Shown here: one piece after another, positions 26,481 to 36,847 of the stretch | Position numbering within the stretch: position 1 is the first letter of the stretch | Layout of the letters: every line of letters begins with the position of its first letter | Source of the DNA: Convolutriloba macropyga | Lineage: Eukaryota | Assembly (NCBI RefSeq): GCF_964194025.1 | Contig: NC_134481.1 | Coordinates: forward strand, 20,398,001 to 20,462,000 | DNA: 64,000 nucleotides | Direction: 5' to 3' | Position numbers and translations under genes: made by a program | The notes under the pieces: generated by a model | Databases searched by the model: none | The model's input: the letters and a program-made list of their open reading frames with translations, nothing else | What the model was told of the DNA's origin: nothing

Positions 26481-27070
26481 GGTCCAATGTATTAAATTAA
26501 AAATTTACCAAACCACCACTTAATTTATGAAAAACTCATTTCTTCAAGTGTTACAAAATCTGCCATATAGACTCATGAAAGACAGTGCCCTTCTGTCCTG
26601 GAGGGCGTACTTGATTGATCGATGCAATATGATTGCTAGGCCAGCAATACGAATAGCAATCTCTCATTTGATTTTACTTCTCTATTTGAACATCCAAATT
26701 CAAATTAGGTTCCCAATCTGCGTCAGCACCTGAGGTACTTTGCATATCCCAGTTCAGTTTGCACACTATGTGCAAAATAAGCAGCTGAAACCAATATCAA
26801 TTGAGACGATTGAACAAAAAAACCGAATTCTCAAATCCCAGACCTCCTTGATGGTTAAAATTCTATAGATTTGACACTGTGGTCAAACGTATTAAATTAA
26901 TATTTTACCATACCAACACTTCATATTTGAAAAGCTCAATATTTCAAATGTTATAAAATCTGCCATATGGACTCATGAAAGACAGTGTCCTTCTGTCCTG
27001 GAGGGCGTCCTCGATTGATCGACGCAATATGATTGCTAGAAGAGCAATACGAATAGCAACTTCTCATTTG
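26295..27070 (+). repeat. ~400-bp tandem unit, two copies (further copies start at 29510 and 29911)
   Basis: CCAAATTCAAA...GCAAAATAAGCAGCTGAAAC...CTTCTGTCCTGGA...CTCATTTGAT starts at 26295, 26694, 29510 and 29911 (last copy partial). Confidence 0.9.
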
Positions 27071-28660
27071 ATCTTTTCTTATTAAATGACCCAGAGTACA
27101 ACCGATAGGATATGGGGAAGTTCTTAAGCGAATTATTGGTTGAACTATCGTCGATTGTGTTAAAACTGACCTTCAGATATTAGGTGGTGGTTAACAACTT
27201 TGTATGGGTCAAAAAAGAAAAATTGAACTTCCTATGCATTCTTTGAGTGCTGCTTTTTATATTACAGATTAGGAAGCGATCTTGATTATTGAAGCAAAAC
27301 AACGCTTTCAACGGCCTAATTTGTGATAGTGCCTTAAATATTGTTGAGGAATTATTTCCTTTTCTCTATCATTCTTTATGTAAATCACATCGTCAACCAT
27401 CAAGTTTGTTTATTGATAAAGAAATAATGCTCTTTTAGGAAAGTACAATCAAAGGGGATACCCTTGCAATGTCGATGTATGAAAATGCCATTTTCCGCAC
27501 AACTGAAATAGTGGAGGTTTGATTATAATTTCAAAAGTGGCATGCAGAGGATTGTAGTAACCTTTTCGGCTCTTTTGATGACAATAAAATGCTTTTTGTT
27601 TCATTCAAAAATACGGTCTTTTTTGTTTACCATCTTACCAAGTCCCGTGCTATTAACAAAAAGGTCTTTTGAAAAATCACAGCAGATTTTTGTCCACGAT
27701 CAATTGGAGATAGTTGACGGTTGTAGAGTACCTAGTTGTGTAACAAATTCTGATAATGCAGATAAGAAATTTGCAGAGAAATCACTTAAAAAGCAAATTG
27801 TGGTTTTAAAAAGGAGGCCTTTGAAGCCAATTTTTCCTTAAATGTATTTAATTTGTTCGCTTCATCAAATTAGCAGAAATTGACTTTCTCAGCACGTACA
27901 ACACCTAAAATTGGAGATATGTTAAACGAATTTGAGAAATCAACCAGCGGTAAGCTTCTACTCAATCTACTGAAGAATCCCGCCTCCAAAAAAAACGGAA
28001 TATATTTCTTTGTCGATAAGGAAAGGTGGCCTAAGTACTTATAAACGCGAAGACCGTTCTTGAAAATATGAACAACCAATTCAAATGTCAAGTCGCTCAC
28101 CCCTATCTCTGCCCGAAGCGAAAATAAAGTAAAACAAAGTACATTTGAAAGAAAAACGAGCAAGAGCCAGGTATCAAATCGAGAAAACAAGAATTAACAG
28201 CTAAATGAATAAGAACGAAATTCGCTCATTTGACTTAGCTAGGGAAAAAGGAGCGTCATTCAGATTGAATGCTGTGCCCTTGAAGCAATAAAAATTTGAC
28301 CTAACGAAAACAAGTTTCTTGATGGAACTGCCGGTTGCTATGGTTTTGATCTTTTCCAGATGTCATAACTATGCCTATCAATGAAAACTTCACTCTAGCA
28401 AATGCCCTAAACTGTCTGCGAGGAGATTACACTCACAGGAGACATAATGAAATTCGGGATTGCTTTGCTAATTTGTTAAATGATTTCTGTCATTATGTAA
28501 AGATCAAATTTTATTTTTCGCCGTTGCAATGGGAAATATTTGCTCTTAAATCAACGAAAACTGAAGATGATGCAAGATTAGATATCAAACTCAACGGACT
28601 TTTGGAATTCAGGTTCATCAAAATATATTTTGATGTAAGAATTGCCAACCTGCTAGCAAA
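26890..28660 (+). mobile_element. Decayed CRE-clade non-LTR retrotransposon (RT plus restriction-like endonuclease)
   Basis: PIGYGEVLKRIIG, NAFN and KGDTLAMSMY RT remnants; CLRGDYTHRRHNEIRD...DDARLDIK...FDVRI (RHN and PD-(D/E)xK-type region). Confidence 0.8.
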
Positions 28661-31600
28661 AAAGTAGTAGCCCTGAATGCAGTAGCCAAGCCTAAAAGTA
28701 TTGCGATTCTATCAAAATGAACAAGGATAACAAAGGAAAAAACTTTAAAAAAAGAGTCTTCGAAAATCACAAATCTCTGCGTGGTTATGCAAAATTTAAA
28801 AAAAATGTCAACGGAGATCTCACAGCCGAGCAGAGACAACAAAATGGTCAGAAGAGAAGGCAACCGAAGAAAAAACTAAATGCAGAGTTAAGCACTTCAA
28901 CCCCATAGACGATCAACAGAGGCAAAAAGTTCAGCTTCCAGAAACCGTCCCAGGATTTCTGACTTAGGGCTTCATGTTGGAACATTGAAGGCGCAGGAAG
29001 GAATGAGAAATAATCAACTATAATTGAACCCTCACATGACTGTTTTAGTTTGACGGAACTGTCAATGTTAATGAACTCTAAATCTCTAACTATATATGTA
29101 CAAAAAATCAAAGCCAACAAGCATTCTACAGGCCGTCCCAAATGCGGAATAATAATTTCTATCCACCAACGTATCGATTCAAACTTTACAGGCAAAGACA
29201 GAAGTGGCCAAATCCTTGCAGTAGAACTAGTTAATCTCAAATTTATAGCAGCCTATTTCCAACCAAAAATTAAAAAGGAGCATATAAAGGAAAAAGTTAG
29301 TGGTAGTCTCAATAAACTTGACTTGAGGATTCACACAACAGTGGAAGTTGACCTAAATGCTAGGCTGGAAATAAGATCAAAGAAAGATGATCCTCTCATC
29401 AGTTTCTTTCACACCCCGAATTTTTCCCGCCTTAAAGACTGTAAATACCACACAATTGTTTCTAAGAAGAATCTAGCACAATTGATTTGTTCCTCTCTTT
29501 ACTGTACCTCCAAATTCAAATTAGGTTCCTAATCTGCGTCAGCACCTAGTGTACTTTGCATATCCCAGTTCAGTTTGCACACTATGTGCAAAATAAGCAG
29601 CTGAAACCAATATCAATTGAGACGGTTGAACAAAAAGAAACTGGTTTTTCAAATCCCAGACCTCCCTATTGTTAAAATCCTATACATTTGACCATGTGGT
29701 CCAACGTATTGAATTAAAATTTTACCATACCAACACTTCATATTTGAAAAGCTCATTATTTCAAATGTTATAAAATCTGCCAAATAGACTCATGAGAGAC
29801 AGTACCCTTCTGTCCTGGATGGCGTCCTCGATTGATCGATGCAATATGATTGCTAGACCAGCAATACGAATATTAATCTCTCATTTGATTTTCCTTCTCT
29901 AATTGTACATCCAAATTCAAAGTAGGTTCCTAATCTCTGAGTCAGCACCTCCCAGTGTACTTTGCATTTCCCAGTGCATTTTGCATGCTATGTGCAAAAT
30001 AAGCAGCTGAAACCAATATCAATTAAGAAGATTGAACAAAAAAAAACCGGTTTCTCAAATCCTAGACCTCAGAGATGGTATCAGATGCTATAAATTTGAC
30101 AACGCCTTCCAACGGTATACCAAGATATTTTTCCGATCCGTCCCAAACAATTTTTCCAGACAAATAGGGCAATGGTTTGACAGCAAGCTGTATTACTTGA
30201 ACGAACGAGAGAAATTAATTTTTACAGATACCTTCCAACTTTGGGAGAACGGAAAACAACTTGTGGCAGCCAAACAGATATACAAAAAACTTAGAAGAAG
30301 AGAAAGACGTCTTATGAAACAAAAAAGGAAACCAGCCTAATAACATTTGCCGAAAATAACGAGAAGGACTGCTTTTCTCTGTTGAAAGTGAAACAGCAAA
30401 CTCATTAGCTTGCAAACAGCCTTTCAGAGTCTGGCCACACGACACCAAGATTCCGACCTACATTCTTTCGGACCTGCTAATATCCGACAGCGAAAATACA
30501 CAGTTTAATAACAAGAGCGGGCAACAATCACGCCAGTACAAAATGGCATCATTACATTATAGGAGCCCAATATCGCATTCGCGGCAGTCAAATTGAATAA
30601 AGCGACTAGGGTTGACTACAGTTGGGGGAAAAATCTTATATCTTTATATCCAGTAAGGAAAGAAGTCTGGATTGAATTGGTCTTGTACATAAAAAAACGC
30701 AAAATGTTTCCAAAAGATTGGTTAACAAGAATATTTATTCCGATTTGCAAAAGAAAGGCAGAAAGGACAATCCACACAAATACAGAGGAATTGTGAAAGA
30801 AAAAAATCATCTCCAATTTTTAATTACACTCTCACCTCTCGAATAATATGGTGGTCTGAACACATCAGCAGCTTTTTAACATCACAGCATAGACTTCGGG
30901 CTTATCTTTTGACTAACACATCAATTAGGAAGCTTGCAAAAGAAATTGAAACCTCAATGGCATCTTGCAACCAGATACGTTTGTTTTGTTGACCTTGATA
31001 TAGAGTTAGACAGAATAAACAGACAACGTCTGCTCCAGAAGCTACTTGACCTTGTACTGCTAGAAAATTTTTTAATACTTTCCATTGCCTCCTAAATGAG
31101 AACATATTACAGCTATGAACAATTGGCTGCATAATTGACCCAATCACTATGAATTCACGTATGGCGCAGGGTGATAAATTGTCATTATCTTGCGTCCTAA
31201 TCTATATCTCGGAACTTGATAGCAGGGTAAATTATTGCACGGTACATTCAGTCTTTTAAACAGGTGATCCTGTTTTTTGTCATTGCAGAATTCTTTGCAT
31301 GCAAAACGCCCTCGAAAGACTGTCGATGTAATGCAAGACTACCTCCATGAAGACAAACGTACCCAAAAAAAGTAGCAAACAATAAACCCGAGTGGACGTA
31401 GGAAAACCGCAGAGCGTATTTTCTGTGATAGTTTTAAACAATGCGCTACGAGACAGCTCGACTAACTGTGAGTTGTTCCTAATTATAATCTTGGCGACAA
31501 AAAGCAAAAGGAGCACATGCAGACAAAAGCGGCAATATTGGCTCTAATCTTGCGTAATGAAATGAACTTTCGTAGAGTCATCCTAGAGTCTGCTACGAGA

Positions 31601-31700
31601 CTCATCAATTCAAAATTTATTTTTCCCGGCACATACTTTTTAAAAGTATACAAAGTTACAAAAGACCACTACTATTTGCAAAAGAAGAAAAAATAAAGCA
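28660..31700 (+). mobile_element. Decayed APE-type LINE, copy 2 (endonuclease plus RT)
   Basis: ORF 29050-29532 is APE-like; IFIPICKRK, GITLSP and AQGDKLS RT remnants follow. Confidence 0.7.
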
Positions 31701-33049
31701 TCTTCTTCAATTAACGGAATGGTATGGAAAGAAGACGCCCTACAATGGGCCTGATAGACAGCCTTTTTTTCTCTCCGGTAGTTTTCATATCTCCAAAGCG
31801 ACTGCTTTCACAAAATCTCGTATTGTCATCTTCTACAGTCTTATTTGCCACCATAAATTCTGCGCGCCGAATCACTGTTATTCAATGAAGGATCACTGGC
31901 GAGTCTAGGCATGCATAATTTATGAATCATGCATAGCGAAAAACAACCAAATTCTTGAGTGCAATGCCCTTCTTTCTCCAACCACTATATTGATATAAAG
32001 TATGTGCTATTTAGCCAGTGTTTTTTTTTTCAATCCATTCGCTGATTCAATATACAAACCGGCTGTCGAACAACATATACATCAACCCTCCACTTTCGAC
32101 GTCAATGCGCTCATTTGCTACGAGAAGAAAATAGAACTTTAAACAACGGTTCCTCTTTCTATTCCGACATCAGTGCATATCGCTATCAGATATCAGTTGA
32201 AATTATTTAGCACCATATTTTTTAACAAGGCCCTCGTGACCTAATCCTAACGTTATGCATGTATTTCGCCGTCTTCCCTTATTACTGACATGTTCCTTTA
32301 TCTAATATACTACCAGAATGAGTTCTCCTACCTGCTGGGTAATGACGAGTTTCCGCTGCCGAGCAAATCAAAAACTTGATTTTGTTTTGCTTTGGCTTCC
32401 ACTGCAATGACATTTAACTACTACAATAAAATTTACAATAACGTCGGATCCCAATCTGAGATGCTTTTGAGATTTTTCAGAAGGCTTTAATTATTTTTAA
32501 GCCACATAAACAAGAATATCGAAATTGACATCAAAGAACAAACTTGAGCAGCTCGGGGTAGACAAAATCTTTGACTATGAAAAAGATTGCACCCAGGTGG
32601 GAAATGGTTGCTCTGCGCACAATGGACAAGATGGAGCGCCCTCTCTACAATAACTTAAAGCAATCTCGGTGCTTAAGTGGTTTGCACTTGGCAGCCTGAT
32701 ATCAGAGAGCTTCTACTTGAATTTTAAAGAGCGCAAATTAAAGCAATGTAGCTACTGCGCTCATGTCTCACCGAAGCCGTCGCTTCTCATTTTCTTATGG
32801 CCCGACACATTTTCAGTGCAAGTGTTTTTGCTCAAATTACAGTATTTTTTGACAGACGTAGTGCTGAGAGGGCCCCGGGCCAGCCAATATTCACCCAGTG
32901 TTTGGGAGGGAAATTTCTGTATTTAGCTTATGAAAAAAGAAGATTCTTTAGTGGGTAAGCATCTGACTATGATTATTGCGGAGACACCGAGCAAATCGAC
33001 TGGAAATAATCGGTTCATTAACTGTGAAACTAAGTTAAATGTTGAAAAA

Positions 33050-33820
33050 ATAAAAGCCAATAAGTCTAAATCTTAATAATTAAAAACAAATGTTTCTATA
33101 AATAGCATCATCAGGTTATCGACTTCACTCGTTGAGGGTTTTCGGCCAACACGAACATATATCTACGATTATTATAAAGATCATTTTCTTCTTGGAATTG
33201 AACAACTTGTTTAACTGGAATTTTTCAGAAATTTCAAAAATCTTTGATTTTCAAGTTTCGAAACGTGCCGCTCTTTTTCTCTTCTGAAATTTTTTTGGAC
33301 AGTTTTACAGAATTAGCGTTCTTTTTTATTGTTCATCGCAAATTTTGGTCGTTAAACTATTTTCAGACCAGCCGCCTCACAAGTCGCACTAACCTTCGTT
33401 GCTTTATATGCAATGCTTCTACGGTGATCAATTTCTCCGTTTCACTACACTGGTCAATTGGTCAATGATACTCTTCGGGTGAATCAAGTTCCCGGTGCTT
33501 TGTCATCTTCTCCGAAATATGACGGGAAGTTTGACATCCACTAAAAGAAATTTTATATACTACGTGAGATTTCAGTTTTTAATCAAATTTTGGCTTAAGG
33601 AAAGGCCAGCAAGTTTTCATTTTATGTGTCATTAATATAAAATAAAATTATTTTTTTTGAACAATCAGGTAATTTCTGATTGGGATCTTTGTTTAGGCCT
33701 GGCTCGGGAACACAATTTACTTCTTTTAGTTTATCTTCGAACGATTTCATCCAAATGTTTGCCAATATGATCGCCAAAGATGCACCAATTGCTAGGTTGT
33801 CTCCTTGGCAACGTTAATGA
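33050..33820 (-). mobile_element. Penelope-like element, inverted and internally deleted copy
   Basis: Minus strand: CQGDNLAIGASLAIILANIWMKSFE (RT motif B), then KSHVVYKISFSGC...ITVEALHI (GIY-YIG remnant). Confidence 0.75.
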
Positions 33821-35000
33821 AACGGAAATTGGTTTCATGTGAAGTGCAAGATGATAAACGGTGAAGAAAACGAAATAAAGGGAGTTTTTGTTTGGTTTCG
33901 TAGTCACTGGTCACCCAAAACAGAACTCGTGATTGATAGAAAGTTTTTTGCGCGATATGTTGACGAAGTCGTCTGGACCACAAAATCAACAAGCGACGAA
34001 ATGCTCGGAAAAGCTAACGCATTCCAAGAAAACCTTCATTTTACATTAGAAGGTGTAGATGGAAATGGTGAACTTGCTTTTCTTGACATGTGTATTAGCG
34101 AGGAAAATAAAATTTCAGTTCATGCAATTGGTACAGTAAGCCAACAGATACCTCCTTAATTTTAAGCCTTTGTAGTGGTGCCGCATTGCAACTTAAGAAA
34201 AAAATTGAGCAAGGCACTTTGCATAGGATTTTCCGTTGCACTATCAGTTGGAAAAGTTTTGACAAGGTGCTTAAAACAAACCCGGATATATGTTTGAAAA
34301 ATCAGAACCGTGCGGAAATTGTAAACGAAACGCTCGTTGTAGGAAAACAGAAGGCCTCAAATTCCGAGAGAGGAATATACCATTGAACAGAAATAATCGA
34401 GAGGAAATCCCTATTTTTCAATGCAATACAGGCAATTCAAGCTTGCGATTGAAACAAAACTACAAAAGATAATTTGGTTAAATATTATCTTACGACTATG
34501 AAAATGAAAGCTTGCTTGCCTTCGCTTAATTCGAATTCCGATAAAAATCTCACGTGGGTTATGAAATTTCGGATCTATTCTGTTTCGGCCCCCCCAGTGT
34601 TTTTTTATGACCCCCAGTAACAAATTATAGGTTGTTATAGAGCACGTTACTATGTAAGAAAATGGCACGTGCGCCCGGGGGTCATAAAAAACTTATGCTC
34701 ACTAAGCTGGGGGCCAACACAGAATAGATCCGAATTTTCTTGTGGATGTGAATCAACCGACGTCGGTCAAACTTGACGTCATGGTACCACGAGGATGACA
34801 GAGCACCAGAAACTTGATTCACCGGTCGGGCATCATGTTAGTTACTGCTGTGTTTCGTCAAAGGCTCTTAATTGGCGTATCATTGGTCAGTGCAGCGACA
34901 CAAAAAAAGTGATCACCTAAGAGGCACATAAGGCAACGAAAACCAAAAATAAACACGCATGACTAATACCGAGGCGGGAGCTGACCCTCAAGTATTAGTC
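33821..35000 (+). mobile_element. Penelope-like element (RT C-terminal part plus GIY-YIG endonuclease), decayed
   Basis: RYVDE, FTLE...LAFLD, GTLHRIFRCT, SHVGYEI..CGCESTDVGQT, ending ELTLKY*. Confidence 0.85.
34570..34732. mobile_element. 163-bp MITE inserted in the Penelope GIY-YIG region
   Basis: TIRs CGGATCTATTCTGT..GGCCCCC / GGGGGCC..ACAGAATAGATCCG; inner inverted repeat TTTTTATGACCCC / GGGGTCATAAAAA; AATTT on both flanks. Confidence 0.9.
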
Positions 35001-35077
35001 TGACGTAAAATTAAGGATGAAAAAACTAGAGTTAATATACAGAGACCCCTGACCTGGAGATTTGTTATCTCCATGGC

Positions 35078-35080
<3 letters not shown>

Positions 35081-35125
<45 letters not shown>
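35081..35125. repeat. (GA)n microsatellite, probably the 3' tail of the adjacent minus-strand LINE
   Basis: About 20 AG units next to the CR1-like 3' end. Confidence 0.9.
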
Positions 35126-36028
35126 AAGACTTAATTCTCAAAGAGAAACCAAATGTATTAGCATATGCTCTTCATAACAACACAATTTGAACAAGTACAT
35201 ACAACATAATAGGTACAGATTAAGTCAACTTAAAACTTTTTTTTATCAAATCTTTGACAGCTTTTCTGTCACTCTTACTGATTCCGGTAATAATCTTATG
35301 ACGAAAGAGATAATTAGCCATAACTGTACTCCGTGAGAAGAATGATTTTGAGTTGCTAAATTTGGGGTCGATTACAAATAAGCAGGAGGAGCAAACACGG
35401 TTTTCACTTTTGTTAGCATTGAAGGCGATAAATTGATCGTAGTTAAGTTTGTATTTATTGTTCATGAGTTGTGCTAGAAAAACAAAGGTCCGGAACTCGA
35501 TAAGATGACACATCGGTAGTATGGAATGCTTTTTGAGTAGTGATTGTTATGGCCTTTTTGTTCCAGAAATCCATTTGAAGCATTGCATTTGAAACTTTTC
35601 CTTTGACTTCAGACGTGTTATGTCAGGAGACCAAATTGGTATTCCATAGAGAAGTACAGATAACACTACGGATGCATAGAGTTCATACTCTTTCCATGAC
35701 GGAATTTGCCATGGAGTTTTCTGTTTAAAAGCGTGAAAGCATCTCGTAGCCTTATTCAACTTTGTTAACACGTGCTCTGTCCATTTAAGGTTTTTGCTAA
35801 CGATTATTCCAAGATCCTTTATATGAGCAACATTATCTAAGATATGGCGATTCATTTCAACAGAGGAAGACCCTTTCAAATTAAGACACTTTGTTTTATC
35901 GAGATTAGCGATCATTCCGTTTGTAATGTTCCAGTTGTAGAGCCGCGAACGATCATTATGAAAATTCAAAGACGTTAAAAGGAGTTTAAGGTCATCTGCA
36001 AACATCCAGGCTAGACAGTCTAGAAAAA
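35126..36028 (-). mobile_element. 5'-truncated CR1-like LINE
   Basis: ORF 35547-36005: FADDLK, NLDKTKCL, IKDLGIIVSKNLKWTEHV, LLYGIPIWSP. Confidence 0.85.
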
Positions 36029-36553
36029 TCGCTCTCTCTCATCTTCGGATCTCTTCCGTTTGTGCCCCCCAGCATAGTGGGTGCATTCTATTTGCAATCC
36101 CCAGACGCACGGGCCATATTTTTACATAATGAATCACTATGTAATGACACGTGCTCTGTACCGGGGGGAGGGGTGCATAAGTGTGATTGTCACACGTATA
36201 TAAAGATGTACTTAAAAACCTTGGGTTTCAAGGTTAAAGATTTAGTTTAAAACTTGATTTATTACCTGATTTATGGCTGACACAAGGTTGATAGGTGTCA
36301 GAAAAGAAAATAGACCTTTGATTAGACAAAGCTCGGGCTTTGTCAATCGGGCTTAGACAAAGCTCGGGCTTTGTCAATCGATTTATGATTCTTTTTGTCA
36401 CCAAATTAAATTCACCTAAATTGTTGATCTTACATCAAGAGGACTGTGGCTGTTTTTTTTTCATTGAAGCTGTCAATTTGAGTGATGCGATTTCGATCAA
36501 CCTGATTAAAGCGATTTCCAATATCTTCAGTAATTTCAATATTACGTTTCTAG

Positions 36554-36847
36554 ATGAATCAGTTTGATGCCTCGGGTGGGAGGAATCTTTACTCAAACCC
36601 CAGTTTATCAGTAGCAAGCCAGAGAACCTCAGAGATGGAGGGTATACCATATCGGATGTCGAGCATCAGGAGTACAACTACTGCAATAATAACTCCACAA
36701 GCGACAAAAAACGTAGCCAACGCTTACACAAGAGTTATGGATGAAGTTTGCAATACAGTTCGAGATACGTTTTTAGACGAAGGCGTTGAAATATCAGTTT
36801 TGCAAGAGCTTCGTAGGCTTTGGGAGAACAAAGTCTATGAATCGAAG
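36554..36847 (+). CDS. GTF2A1: TFIIA alpha/beta exon 1 (helical region I)
   Basis: VANAYTRVMDEVCNTVRDTFLDEGVEISVLQELRRLWENKVYESK, donor AAG|GTAAGA. Start codon uncertain (other ATGs at 36635 and 36656). Confidence 0.92.

Noticed and set aside
31740-32960. Possible further decayed LINE on the minus strand
   Set aside because: The motifs are too degraded to assign without a search.
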